Origin: a virus
Strand: one strand, 5' to 3'
IMG/VR virus record: IMGVR_UViG_3300048694_000663
Span: 6,222-70,221 of that record
Length of the DNA: 64,000 bases
The notes under the pieces are model-generated. The model was not told the DNA's origin, searched no databases, and saw only the letters and a list, made by a program, of their open reading frames with translations. This document shows, one piece after another, positions 1 to 9,639 of the stretch. Within the stretch, counting starts at the first letter, position 1. The number at the start of each line of letters is the position of its first letter. The translations under genes and the position numbers were made by a program.

Positions 1-437
1 TGAAGTGACTTATAGAAGCGTGGAGTTGCCAAAATAATTTGGCGTTGTGGTCCACCTTCTGCTGAGAAGTTAACAACACTGAAAGCACGCTTTTCTTCAG
101 CCTTGTTCTTCAGTACGGAGCAAAGTGGGCAATCATTCCCACCCTTGCTGTTGAGGCAAACATAAGACTTCTTACCTGGCTTACCATTTAAGAAATGTTG
201 CTTGAAGTTTGCAAATGGACCATCTTGGTCAAGGAACTTCACAATCTGTGGTTGTTCCGTGTGCTTGAATTCGGTTGGGAATCCTTCTGATTGTTCTGAC
301 TGCAAAGCTTCTGCTGCAGCCCAACCTGAGGTTACTACTGTATCTTCGCTGATTCCCTGCGGACGGTCATCAACATCGATGGTTTCTTCTGCTACTACGT
401 AATCGGTAGCGTTTGCTGTTAGGTCGTTATTTGACAT
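1..437 (-). CDS. gp32-like single-stranded DNA-binding protein (runs off the window edge)
   Basis: Not in ORF track; hand translation MSNNDLTANATDY...IVKFLDQDGPFANFKQHFL...SYVCLNSKGGNDCPLC; AAGGA SD; lies in the replication module. Confidence 0.65.
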   Translation of the reverse strand, partial: MSNNDLTANATDYVVAEETIDVDDRPQGISEDTVVTSGWAAAEALQSEQSEGFPTEFKHTEQPQIVKFLDQDGPFANFKQHFLNGKPGKKSYVCLNSKGGNDCPLCSVLKNKAEEKRAFSVVNFSAEGGPQRQIILATPRFYKSL

Positions 438-460
438 TATTTTCCTTATTTCTAGTGTGA

Positions 461-919
461 TTATGCTTTAAGTAGCGTTTGCCACTTCTCGTTTAGTTTT
501 TCAGTGACTAAACGGTTGCGCGACCAGTCTATATACGGTTGGTCAATAAGTCCAGCCTCCGTAAATATTGTGATTGCAGCCTCTATCATATCGCGTGTAT
601 AAAGTCTGCGACCCTTATGGTCTTCTCCGTTTTTGTCTTTCTTTGTTGGCAATCTGTAAGGACTAGGAGGAAGAATCCCCTCTTTCATCCACATACGGAT
701 TGTCGGTATCGGCCTGCCAAGTGCATCAGCTAGTGCGCCGATAGTAAACATCTCTATATCTTCACCGTTAGGTAGTGTTTTTTTATAGGGATGTCTATCC
801 CAAGTCTTCTCCTGTACTTGGGAAACTTTAACTACAGAACCCTCACGACGTTTGCGTTTACTGCCTGGATAAAACTCATCCAAACCAGAAAACATATTGT
901 CGATTAAGTCGTTGTCCAT
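461..919 (-). CDS. MerR-like HTH DNA-binding protein
   Basis: FTIGALADALGRPIPTIRMWMKEGILP...GRRLYT is a MerR-type wHTH pattern. Confidence 0.75.
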   Translation of the reverse strand: MDNDLIDNMFSGLDEFYPGSKRKRREGSVVKVSQVQEKTWDRHPYKKTLPNGEDIEMFTIGALADALGRPIPTIRMWMKEGILPPSPYRLPTKKDKNGEDHKGRRLYTRDMIEAAITIFTEAGLIDQPYIDWSRNRLVTEKLNEKWQTLLKA

Positions 920-1423
920 CTAAGCCTTTTGTGGGAAGAAAGCGTAAGTAACTTTGCGAGGGTACATTTCTGAGATGTCGTCTTCAGTAAGCAAACCATC
1001 AAAGCTTGCTTTCATAACCTCATCCTCTTGGACTACAGGAACCATTTTGATGCACTGTGCCCACAAAGGTTGGTTGTTAGCGTCACGTTTAGTTTTAAGA
1101 ATGCGCTCAATCGCTTCCATATTCTCTTGAGGAGTTGAGCGACGCTGCAATTGCAAACCTGCAATGCCGACGGATTCGTCGCCCACCTCAAGATTGATGT
1201 GACCACGTCCATCGGTCTCACCAAAATTTTCTACGGCTGCTGTTAAATAGCTCTTAACTTCTGACATTCGCTTTGCAAGTAAATCAGATTGTTCTTTAAG
1301 AGTTGCAAATTGACGAATTTGAGACTTAAGTTCTTCAACATTAAGTCCTGATTTAATTTCTTGATTAGATTCCATTAAGTCTTTTAACTCGTCTGGATGT
1401 GTAGTAATAATGTCTTCTGACAT
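920..1423 (-). CDS. Hypothetical phage protein with N-terminal coiled coil
   Basis: 167-aa ORF, strong GGAGG SD, upstream promoter. Confidence 0.7.
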   Translation of the reverse strand: MSEDIITTHPDELKDLMESNQEIKSGLNVEELKSQIRQFATLKEQSDLLAKRMSEVKSYLTAAVENFGETDGRGHINLEVGDESVGIAGLQLQRRSTPQENMEAIERILKTKRDANNQPLWAQCIKMVPVVQEDEVMKASFDGLLTEDDISEMYPRKVTYAFFPQKA

Positions 1424-1452
1424 TTCCCTTTCCTCCTTCGGTAGGTGTAACT

Positions 1453-1482
1453 ACCTTAAAGCAATAAATATTCCGTTGTCAA
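1453..1482 (-). promoter_or_regulatory. SigA/sigma70-like promoter
   Basis: TTGACA-N18-TAAGGT on the minus strand upstream of the gene starting at 1423. Confidence 0.65.
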
Positions 1483-1640
1483 CCTTTTCCAACAATGCGT
1501 TTTGCCTCGGCGGATGTATAACTACGGAACCCTGTCTTACGTGGATTCATTGAGCCTGGCTTCTTATAGCCTGAGCCTTTAGGCATGTTCTCCTGACGCC
1601 ATTTGAGCGCAGCAGCAACTTTGTCGCGGTGCTTTCCCAT
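1479..1640 (-). CDS. Small basic protein (53 aa)
   Basis: Hand translation MGKHRDKVAAALKWRQENMPKGSGYKKPGSMNPRKTG...; TAATG overlap with the upstream gene. Confidence 0.6.
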   Translation of the reverse strand: MGKHRDKVAAALKWRQENMPKGSGYKKPGSMNPRKTGFRSYTSAEAKRIVGKG

Positions 1641-1783
1641 TACTCTTTTACGTACTTCTCAAGCGCCTTGATGATGATGCTTGTTACGGTTACTTTGTCT
1701 TTAGCTGCTTGCTTTTGTGCAGCTTTCCAGAGCTCATCAGATACACGGATGGTTCTGGTCGGTGTCTTAGGTGCATTTGGCAT
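1640..1783 (-). CDS. Ribbon-helix-helix (Arc/CopG-like) DNA-binding protein (47 aa)
   Basis: Hand translation MPNAPKTPTRTIRVSDELWKAAQKQAAKDKVTVTSIIIKALEKYVKE; TATACT 6 nt before the ATG suggests a leaderless transcript. Confidence 0.75.
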   Translation of the reverse strand: MPNAPKTPTRTIRVSDELWKAAQKQAAKDKVTVTSIIIKALEKYVKE

Positions 1784-1799
1784 GGTGTCAGTATACCTT

Positions 1800-2363
1800 T
1801 CAAGCGGTAGTTACGGGCGCGTATACAGTTGGATGATAAAGACCAAGTTGGTTAACTAGATAACTATCCGTGGACTGTGAGTAGGTAAAGTAATCGGACG
1901 GGGTTGCTTGGCTAGCTGGTATTGCCCTGTCCATAGCCTCTTCAATTTGAATAGCCCCCAAGATGCTTATGTGCTGGGGGTTATCGTCGTGAACGAAGGC
2001 GAGAACGGCCACTTTACTCTTTTCATCGTCCCCCCGAATCGAGAGGTAGCCGTTCTCACTATTAATGCGTCGCACTTCAAAGTTAGGCTCAACATCTGGA
2101 GCCTTGGTGTGCAACTTATGCTCTGATAAATCCCATGGAACATCATTCCATTTAGTGCCATAGTACTTTGCCACAGCACACTCCGCAACTGTACCTAGCA
2201 TCTCCCCGATGATGTCAGGAAGCTTGCGCCCTGTGCGGTAGGTAGTTCCTTTGCGTTCGCCATTTTCATAGCGATGTTTAAAAGCTCTATCTAGTGCCAC
2301 GTTCATTGCGTGGCGTAGTTCCTCTCTTGTAAGGAATACTTCTGCTTCATGTTTAGTAGACAC
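1800..2363 (-). CDS. Hypothetical protein, possible PD-(D/E)XK-like fold
   Basis: AECAVAKY...PDV...FEVR pattern; overlaps the helicase stop. Confidence 0.5.
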   Translation of the reverse strand: MSTKHEAEVFLTREELRHAMNVALDRAFKHRYENGERKGTTYRTGRKLPDIIGEMLGTVAECAVAKYYGTKWNDVPWDLSEHKLHTKAPDVEPNFEVRRINSENGYLSIRGDDEKSKVAVLAFVHDDNPQHISILGAIQIEEAMDRAIPASQATPSDYFTYSQSTDSYLVNQLGLYHPTVYAPVTTA

Positions 2364-3936
2364 TGTGTGTCTGCAAGAAGTTATTTAAACTTGCTAAGGT
2401 CATTTCGACCCCACCTTTCTCATTGATGCCTTTGCCGTCAATGACCGCGCTCGCCACGGCGTTTTTTTGTTGGAGTGATAAATGCTGACGGAACTCCAAA
2501 GAGGAGTCGATGATTGCGTCCAAGATAACGACTCGTTTAAAGGAAGAGCTGGCACGTACAATCCTGCCGTTTCTTTGGTTTGCTGTTCCTGATGACCAAG
2601 GGAGGTCGTAGTTGATGAGGAGGTTGCCCGCTGGCAAATCAACTCCGTAGCCACCAGCATCGCTAGAGACAAGAACGCGAGTCCTAGGATTAGTATTAAA
2701 CTCAATCTTGTTATCCTCCTTTTGTTTTGCGGTCAGTAGTCCTGTGTATGTCACACACTCTACAGTATCAAGAGCCTCTACAATTAAATCTACCATGCGA
2801 ACATGGGTAGCAAAAATAACTACCTTATTGTTCTCGTCTAAGTCTAAGAAATCTTTGACGTAGGTTATAACCGCATCAAGCTTAGGATGACGTACCCCAT
2901 CGAGCAAGCCACTATCAACAAGTTCAGCGCAGTAAGCACTTCCCTCTCCCTCCTGTCTATGAAACTTTGCAGCACTATCCGCAATTAACTGTGGGTGGGA
3001 ACAGAGCATTTTCATAGCGCCAATTTTGCTCATTAATTTCCCACGCATCTCATCCGCTGGCCCGCCCCATTGTTGCTCTAACCCATAGTGCGCCATGATG
3101 TTAAAGCTGGAGCCAAATAGTTCTTGTGCATCAGCTAAATCATTAAGCAAATCCTTCTTAATCTTCTCGTAAAGCTTGGCGCCTTTACTATCTATCTTGA
3201 CAGCCATTGGTTCTAAATGGATTGCTTCAGGCAAATAAGGAGCCACGTCTGCATCGGTTTGAGCTTTGCGTACCGAAGCTTGCTTCATGCGTTGATGGAG
3301 GGTAGGTAAATTACGATAGCGGTCTACGCCACCCCACTTATTACGGACAATAAATGCGGCATCAAAGATGTCGTACTTTCCTAAGACCTGCTTGTCAACA
3401 AACTGCATGATGGAAAACAGCTCTTCAGGTTTTCCATTCTCAATAGGAGTTCCTGTTAAAGCAAATCTATATTCTGAGTTAAGTCCTTTAACGTGCTTTG
3501 AACGCTTTGACCTAAATGATTTGATTGCCGTGGCTTCATCAAGAACGATAAATCCTCGCGGTAATTTGCTAACGTATTTCCAGTCGTTGACCACCTGCTC
3601 ATAATTAAGAATGATGTAGTCAGGAGCAGTTCCGTCGGTTTGGATACACCTAAGGTATTGGGCTTCCCTTTGTTTTGGGCTCCCATCAATGACCATAGGG
3701 TTTGCAGTGTCATCAGTAAACTTTCTTATCTGGTTGTACCACTGATACTTCAATGGTGATAGGCAGATAATAAGTCCTGGAGCTGTAACTTTCTGCTCTT
3801 CTTTAAGCCTTTCTATTGCGGCAATTGTAAGGACAGTCTTACCCAACCCGAGGTCGTAGGCGACCAGCATGCTTTTTCTTTCGCACATGCGGTCAACCGC
3901 TTCGGGTTGATACGGTAAAAGAGTCCCTTTAAACAA
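2353..3936 (-). CDS. SNF2-family helicase
   Basis: Motifs DLGLGKT, LDEA, LTGTPIEN, GGYGVDL and QRNGRIVR. Confidence 0.92.
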   Translation of the reverse strand: MFKGTLLPYQPEAVDRMCERKSMLVAYDLGLGKTVLTIAAIERLKEEQKVTAPGLIICLSPLKYQWYNQIRKFTDDTANPMVIDGSPKQREAQYLRCIQTDGTAPDYIILNYEQVVNDWKYVSKLPRGFIVLDEATAIKSFRSKRSKHVKGLNSEYRFALTGTPIENGKPEELFSIMQFVDKQVLGKYDIFDAAFIVRNKWGGVDRYRNLPTLHQRMKQASVRKAQTDADVAPYLPEAIHLEPMAVKIDSKGAKLYEKIKKDLLNDLADAQELFGSSFNIMAHYGLEQQWGGPADEMRGKLMSKIGAMKMLCSHPQLIADSAAKFHRQEGEGSAYCAELVDSGLLDGVRHPKLDAVITYVKDFLDLDENNKVVIFATHVRMVDLIVEALDTVECVTYTGLLTAKQKEDNKIEFNTNPRTRVLVSSDAGGYGVDLPAGNLLINYDLPWSSGTANQRNGRIVRASSSFKRVVILDAIIDSSLEFRQHLSLQQKNAVASAVIDGKGINEKGGVEMTLASLNNFLQTHSVY

Positions 3937-4465
3937 ACTGCAACATCCTTGTCTTAACAGCCATTTCTAATGATTCAACTGAACCATCATTGATAAATTT
4001 ACAGTCCCACCTATCCCAGTTGTCAAGAGCAGTCTCAGAAATATGAGCGTTAATTGGCCCAACCCCAGGTCGTTCTACTTTCCACAACTGAGAATAGTCC
4101 CTATCCTTAATAACTTTGGCTTCGTTTGGAAACCTAACGTCGGTGATAACTACGTTACTTGTATAAGCGACGTCCTTAAGAGCTATATTTACCCAAAAAT
4201 CTTCGCCAAAATTCTTTCGAGCAGCAACTCCCACATCCTGCAACATCTTGCGAATCTCTGGTTTGCTTTTAGCCTCATCCCATCCAAGCGCCTCAACAAC
4301 CTCTTTAATGGTGTTTCCTTCTCGATTGTAGGTGGGGTTTAAATCATAAAGGTAGTTGCGAATAGCGTCGGCAAAAGCAACTCTTCTATAACCAAATTGT
4401 GTACATAAATATTCAGCTATGGTGTCTTTGCCTGAACGTGCGTACCCTGAAATTCCAATAATCAT
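3929..4465 (-). CDS. Deoxynucleoside monophosphate kinase
   Basis: IIGISGYARSGKDT P-loop, AFAD and ITDVRFPNE motifs. Confidence 0.88.
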   Translation of the reverse strand: MIIGISGYARSGKDTIAEYLCTQFGYRRVAFADAIRNYLYDLNPTYNREGNTIKEVVEALGWDEAKSKPEIRKMLQDVGVAARKNFGEDFWVNIALKDVAYTSNVVITDVRFPNEAKVIKDRDYSQLWKVERPGVGPINAHISETALDNWDRWDCKFINDGSVESLEMAVKTRMLQFV

Positions 4466-4473
4466 TTATCTCC

Positions 4474-5403
4474 CTATATTGACATCATGGCTGAAAACTT
4501 TGCGTTCTCAATACCTGTTTGTATCTCTACCTTACTCATGCCCCCAACATCCTTTTGGTCTGTCTCAGCATAGTTAAATACCCAAACGCCTTTGTTAATT
4601 CCTCTAGCCCATTTGAGTAAATCTAAAGTGCAACTTCTGCCAGCATCATCATTATCAAATGCCAACATTAAATGTTCAACAGAAGCGAGTTCTTGTTTTT
4701 GTTCTTTTGTTAGCCCAGCTCCATAAGCAGCTATAGCATTTGGATAGCCGACTGAATAAAGTCGAGCAACATCTAGGGGAGATTCAACAATGATTCTTGT
4801 TTTAGCATGGCCCCAATTATTAAAATTAAAAAGAGTATGCCCCTTTTTAACTCCTTTTGGATAGTTATTAAAATAACGACCTACATAAGACTTCTCTTGC
4901 CACCCGTACAGTTTGTTTGTTCGCGGTTCACGGATAGGAAGAATCCACAGTTCTCGTCGCGGGTCCCAAAGGATTTCACATTCACGACATGACTCAGCAG
5001 TTATGCCTCGAGACTTAAGAGCATTCAATGGGGGATATGTAAACAAAGCCATGGAAGACTCTTGAAGTGTTTCTATAACTTCTGTCTCTGGTTCTTTTAA
5101 TAATGATTCAAATGCTTTGGTTAATCCAGTTGCGCTTTGGCTAATCCAAGCCTCTCCGTTTTTAACATCCTCTACAGATACGCCAGTGACGTATGCAATG
5201 AGAAAAGGAAAGCTTCCTTTAAAATTACATGACCAGCATCTATGTGCACCAGTGCTTGCATTGATTGACCAAGATGGGTTTCTATCTTCATGGCCAGTGC
5301 GTGCTAGGTGTCCTGGACACTTAGCCCATACCTCCTGCCCAACGGTTTTTGTTGGGTGTATCTCTAAAGTCTCTAAGTAATCTTCTAGTTGTGAAGTTTC
5401 CAT
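4474..5403 (-). CDS. DNA primase (zinc finger + TOPRIM)
   Basis: CPGH..HEDRNPS..CWSC zinc finger; IVESPLD and FDNDDAG TOPRIM motifs. Confidence 0.9.
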   Translation of the reverse strand: METSQLEDYLETLEIHPTKTVGQEVWAKCPGHLARTGHEDRNPSWSINASTGAHRCWSCNFKGSFPFLIAYVTGVSVEDVKNGEAWISQSATGLTKAFESLLKEPETEVIETLQESSMALFTYPPLNALKSRGITAESCRECEILWDPRRELWILPIREPRTNKLYGWQEKSYVGRYFNNYPKGVKKGHTLFNFNNWGHAKTRIIVESPLDVARLYSVGYPNAIAAYGAGLTKEQKQELASVEHLMLAFDNDDAGRSCTLDLLKWARGINKGVWVFNYAETDQKDVGGMSKVEIQTGIENAKFSAMMSI

Positions 5404-6632
5404 TAGAAGTCATCCTCTTCAAACTCACGGAACGTAGCTGTATCCCACTCCCATGAAAGCTTTACCTCAGCACCGCCTGAGTTACGGCTAGCCATAATCT
5501 TTAACAAACGAACAGAGTCATCATCATCAATACGCTCAAGGCCCATAACAATGTCAGCATCTTGAGCAAAGGAAGATGCATAACCAATAGAGTCAAGAGT
5601 TGCTCTACCGCCCTTCATCTTATGACCTAGATATTGAGTATTAATAACAATAGGGATGTTTACATTAAGCGCTAGATTCTTTAAAGAACGCGTAATGTTA
5701 GTAAGAGCAGCTGGGGTATTCATTTCTTTTGTCTGCTCATCTTGCATCAAGTACACGCCGTCAATTACCACTAATGAAGGTTGAAGGATTTGAATGTTAT
5801 TAGCGATAGAGGTAACGGTTCTACCCTCTGCTCCTGGAACAAGGTGGAATCCAGCTTTGAAGTTTGCTAATGATTTAAGGCCACTAAGGAATCTAGTTTC
5901 TTCTTCCTGCTCCAAAGTACCTGTCATCAAACGGTGGTGGGAAAGTCGAGAACGCATAGAGTCGTAGCGACGTGCTTGCTCATCGTTTGTCATTTCAAAA
6001 GACTTAAACATTACGGGGTTACCAGACTCATGAACTGATAAAGCCATTTGTAAACAAAGTGTTGACTTACCAGTTTTAGGAAGAGCAGCTACAACAATGA
6101 GCTGTCCGTTTTGGATACCACTGATGCTTTTATCAATCGTTGGAAATCCTGTCCTGTAACCAAGAATTCCATCTGGAGTATTTTTTCGTGTGAGGTACTC
6201 TTCATACCGTTGTTCAGGATTGTTCGTGAGGTCGACAGTAGCTGCACCTTTAAAAGATGAAGCTTCAATCCCGACGAGCCCTCCTTGTAAAGCAAGCAGT
6301 GCTGCTTCATGGTCTTTCTCCTTATCAATAAGTTTGATTGCTTCGCCAAGCATTGCAATGGTTGCTTTTTTACGGCGCTCAGCAACAACAGCATCAAGGA
6401 GATAGTCAATAGGGTCACTAACTTCAACTAAATCAAAAGCTGGAAAGTTATCTTTTACTGCATCAATGCTTGGAGACTCTCCGTAGTTAACAAAGAATTG
6501 GCGCATGAATAAGAAAAGACGTCGGTCTTCATCTATATCAAACCAAGTTTCATCAACAGCTTTTGTAAGAATTGGTGCAAGGTCTTGTAAAGATATTGCT
6601 TTATGTAGCAATCTCGTTTCGTTTAACATCAA
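5403..6632 (-). CDS. DnaB-like replicative helicase
   Basis: GYRTGFPTID, Walker A ALPKTGKS, SFEM, VIDGVYLM and QDADIV. Confidence 0.92.
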   Translation of the reverse strand: MMLNETRLLHKAISLQDLAPILTKAVDETWFDIDEDRRLFLFMRQFFVNYGESPSIDAVKDNFPAFDLVEVSDPIDYLLDAVVAERRKKATIAMLGEAIKLIDKEKDHEAALLALQGGLVGIEASSFKGAATVDLTNNPEQRYEEYLTRKNTPDGILGYRTGFPTIDKSISGIQNGQLIVVAALPKTGKSTLCLQMALSVHESGNPVMFKSFEMTNDEQARRYDSMRSRLSHHRLMTGTLEQEEETRFLSGLKSLANFKAGFHLVPGAEGRTVTSIANNIQILQPSLVVIDGVYLMQDEQTKEMNTPAALTNITRSLKNLALNVNIPIVINTQYLGHKMKGGRATLDSIGYASSFAQDADIVMGLERIDDDDSVRLLKIMASRNSGGAEVKLSWEWDTATFREFEEDDF

Positions 6633-7048
6633 CGACCTCCGAACAAATCTCTAAACGAGTAACCCCAGTGGCCGTACATTAGCAAGCGTTCGGGCAAGTC
6701 CACTACCCCCATTACTTCAGGATGATATGGGAGTGTCGTGACAAGAGAAGCTACATCATCATAAGCAGAGTGATAGCGGAAGGGATTAGTTCCTGCAGCA
6801 TCTAACTTCTCCACAACATTATCTAACTCTTCTTGTGTATGAGAAGTGCTCACCAACTCTAGGGTGACGCCAACTTGAACTGTATAAATATAGAAACGAC
6901 TTAAAGCAACGGAGTCTAGTTGTATATCTGTCTGTGTTTTCTTTAAAACTTTATATTTTGTTACGGTAGTTTTTGTGCTTTTAGAAATTACATCGATGTG
7001 AACTAAAAAACGCTTTGGCATATCATTGCTGATATCACCATTACGCAT
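6629..7048 (-). CDS. Hypothetical protein, possibly a degenerate HAD-like fold
   Basis: 139-aa ORF translationally coupled to its neighbours. Confidence 0.55.
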   Translation of the reverse strand: MRNGDISNDMPKRFLVHIDVISKSTKTTVTKYKVLKKTQTDIQLDSVALSRFYIYTVQVGVTLELVSTSHTQEELDNVVEKLDAAGTNPFRYHSAYDDVASLVTTLPYHPEVMGVVDLPERLLMYGHWGYSFRDLFGGR

Positions 7049-7344
7049 TAGAACACCTCTATTCTCCCGTATTTTATAATGAACTCACGAAACTCTTCGT
7101 CAGAGCCTTGTGCTAGTGCTGCTTCTTCTTGACTTGCTTTTTGTGAAATTTCTAATGGATACGTTCCGTTGTTGGTATCCATTTTGCTTCTAACAAATTT
7201 AAGATGTTTACAATCATATGTGGTCTGCCATCCAGGGCAGGTGCAGTAAAGCCTATCTGCATCATCCACACTGACCTCAAAGATGCCAGGGTTAAATGAA
7301 GACTTCGTACTAAGGAATACTTGGATTAGTCTTTTGGTCACCAC
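7048..7344 (-). CDS. SWIM zinc-finger protein
   Basis: CTCPGW...CKH motif. Confidence 0.75.
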   Translation of the reverse strand: MVTKRLIQVFLSTKSSFNPGIFEVSVDDADRLYCTCPGWQTTYDCKHLKFVRSKMDTNNGTYPLEISQKASQEEAALAQGSDEEFREFIIKYGRIEVF

Positions 7345-8038
7345 CCCTCAATCTTAAATCACCTTCGTTCGTTGCGAGGCGTATTTGATAAAAAGCTTCG
7401 TTTAAAAAGCTGCGTGTCGCAGGGCTATACTGGTCGCCCCAGTCCTTAGGGTTGGTGTTGCTGGTGATGATTGTAGGCAAACCCTCTTCATACCTAGTTC
7501 GTATTACCTCGTGTAGCAAGCTCTTTTGCCATGCAGAACCATAGTTATGTTCATTACCCACATCGTCGATAACAAGTACTCTGATATTAAATGCGTCATC
7601 TTTGCAGTTACCTAAAATGCCATGCCATATTTTGTATTCACGCTCTTCATAATCTCCGCTAATTATTTGACCGCGCAAGGCAATTAACCCTGTGTATGAA
7701 GTAAAGTAAACAGGACGTGACAGGGCTTTACTTTCAGTATCAAAAGACTTTAATGGGTATGTGGTAATCATCTCTTGAAGCAAGGCAGCTCCTACAGTTG
7801 ACTTACCTAATCCAGGAGAACCTGCGAAAAGTAAACCGCGACCACACATCTTTCCACCATAAGCTCGGATGACAAAACCAGTCTTAACTTTATTGACCCA
7901 GCCTTGTAATTCTTTATGGGCATCTTCTGAAAGGTCTACACAATCTTCCAAACGCCAGCCAACAAACTTTGCTGGAATGTTTGCAAGCTTCAACCAAGAC
8001 TTACGACCAAGCGTTAACTTATCAATCGAGTAGGTCAT
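7310..8038 (-). CDS. DnaC/IstB-like AAA+ helicase loader
   Basis: GSPGLGKS Walker A, LVIDDVG Walker B, RY..GLPTIITSN. Confidence 0.88.
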   Translation of the reverse strand: MTYSIDKLTLGRKSWLKLANIPAKFVGWRLEDCVDLSEDAHKELQGWVNKVKTGFVIRAYGGKMCGRGLLFAGSPGLGKSTVGAALLQEMITTYPLKSFDTESKALSRPVYFTSYTGLIALRGQIISGDYEEREYKIWHGILGNCKDDAFNIRVLVIDDVGNEHNYGSAWQKSLLHEVIRTRYEEGLPTIITSNTNPKDWGDQYSPATRSFLNEAFYQIRLATNEGDLRLRGGDQKTNPSIP

Positions 8039-8954
8039 TGTTTGCCCCCTTCAATCCCTCATAGTACTCATCCCATTGCTCTTTTGAAACATGTTGGTAC
8101 TTAGCTCTTTCAAGAAGGGAACCGTAGTTCTTTACAAAGAGCATTGCAATAGCTGTGGGGTTCTTCATACCGCGCACAAGAGGCTCAGCAAGATGTAGGT
8201 CCATCATCTTCAACTCTAATTCAGGGTTTGAATCATGTTTTTTCTCAGCCAAACCAAGCGCATAAACAAATCGGGTTTCAGACATCTCCCAAGGCGGTAG
8301 GTCAAAGCGATTATGTAAACGGTTAGCAAACTCTCGCGCAACATCTAAGGTATCCCAATCGGAGACGGGACGCTCACTTCGCGCCTTCTTGCGCTTCTTG
8401 TTAAGTACAGCCTTCTCGTCTTTGTAGTCTTGATTTTTTTGAGCCTTGCCTTTGACTTTGTCTCGAGCCTTTTCTTGCTCGTACTCTAAATCATCAGCTG
8501 AAAACTCGAAGCTCACGGTGCTACCTCCGATATTAATTATGTTTTTATTTTTTTCTTTTCCGAAATTCATTTTCGGGTATGCATAGGAATTAAGAGTATT
8601 AGCTATACTGCTAGATATAGTTGTAGTAGCTATATTGGTTATATTAGCTTTACTGCTATAGAAGCTGTATAAGCTTACTAGCAGTGTGTAAATCCCATTA
8701 GATGGGTCTTGGTGCAGAACACCATCTAGTAGCCATCGGTCGGGTAAAGAGAACCCTTGAATGGTTGCCCAACGACCGCTGGCTTGAGGTTGTCTCTTGC
8801 TCCAGATTAAATTCATAGCCTTGAGTTCACGCAAGGCCGTGCGAGTAGCGTGCTTGCCATATTTGAGTTCTCCTAGCTCAACTATCTTTTCAGCAGCTAG
8901 GACTTCACCCTTGGTGAGCATGTAGATGTAAATGGCTAGGGCAGCAGGGCTCAT
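8022..8954 (-). CDS. Putative replication initiator (N-terminal wHTH)
   Basis: ALAIYIYML...TALRELKAMNLI wHTH-like segment; directly upstream of the DnaC-like loader; low-complexity linker encoded by repeat DNA. Confidence 0.65.
   Translation of the reverse strand: MSPAALAIYIYMLTKGEVLAAEKIVELGELKYGKHATRTALRELKAMNLIWSKRQPQASGRWATIQGFSLPDRWLLDGVLHQDPSNGIYTLLVSLYSFYSSKANITNIATTTISSSIANTLNSYAYPKMNFGKEKNKNIINIGGSTVSFEFSADDLEYEQEKARDKVKGKAQKNQDYKDEKAVLNKKRKKARSERPVSDWDTLDVAREFANRLHNRFDLPPWEMSETRFVYALGLAEKKHDSNPELELKMMDLHLAEPLVRGMKNPTAIAMLFVKNYGSLLERAKYQHVSKEQWDEYYEGLKGANNDLLD
8541..8690. other. Candidate replication origin inside the initiator gene
   Basis: Direct repeats TATTAGCTWTACTGCTA at 8597-8613 and 8642-8658, inverted repeat CCGAAA-N5-TTTCGG and an adjacent T-rich tract. 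Confidence 0.5.
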
Positions 8955-9583
8955 TTGTCCCTCATGGCTCTACGAACAGCTACCTTTGCAATCTCATAAA
9001 TGGCGTCATAGACCGCCTCCATAAGAGCCTCTTCCTCAGCAGAGTAGTCCTCAGAATCCTCTGAGACGTCCGCAGAGGCTTCCTCCTGCTCTTCGGTTAG
9101 TCTCTCCTGTTCAGGAGCCTCAGCGCGTCTTGTAGGGGGCTTCAAGCCCGCTACAGGGGTAATATCTGTCAGACCGTTGGTAAGGTCATAGCAGCCAATA
9201 CCCTTAGAGCTAAAGGTGGCTAGGGCATCGGCAGAGTCTTGGTCTTCGTCATCCCACAAGAGGAAGCCATAGACCTTAGACATTGCGCCTTTGTAAAGTT
9301 TGCAGGCTTCTTTGAGTGGGTCTTTTGATTCAGTAAAATCTGCAGCAGGGAACGCCGATAGTCGAGATGCATCTGGTGTATACACAACACAATCGATGCC
9401 TTTTTCACGAGCAAACTTTGCAGCAATAACCTGACCCTCCGATGCTCGGTTAAGCACTATCGGAACAATGACAGGTTTGATGTTCTGTTGTTTTAAAGGA
9501 ACGATGTAATCATTTAACAACGCTTCGATATTGTTTTTACTGGTCTGTCCATTACCAGCAACAAAGAGAAATGCTGAGTCCAT
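8951..9583 (-). CDS. Hypothetical protein, possible SLOG/YspA-like Rossmann fold with acidic tail
   Basis: FLFVAGNG...SEGQVIAAKFAREKGI; ATG at 9583 follows an AAAGGA SD and is preferred over the TTG at 9598. Confidence 0.5.
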   Translation of the reverse strand: MDSAFLFVAGNGQTSKNNIEALLNDYIVPLKQQNIKPVIVPIVLNRASEGQVIAAKFAREKGIDCVVYTPDASRLSAFPAADFTESKDPLKEACKLYKGAMSKVYGFLLWDDEDQDSADALATFSSKGIGCYDLTNGLTDITPVAGLKPPTRRAEAPEQERLTEEQEEASADVSEDSEDYSAEEEALMEAVYDAIYEIAKVAVRRAMRDK

Positions 9584-9609
9584 AGGTTTCCTTTCCAAGG
9601 GGAAACCTA

Positions 9610-9639
9610 AGTGTAATACACCTAGCGCTTAGGAGGCAA
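9610..9639 (-). promoter_or_regulatory. SigA-like promoter for the replication operon
   Basis: TTGCCT-N18-TACACT on the minus strand. Confidence 0.5.
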
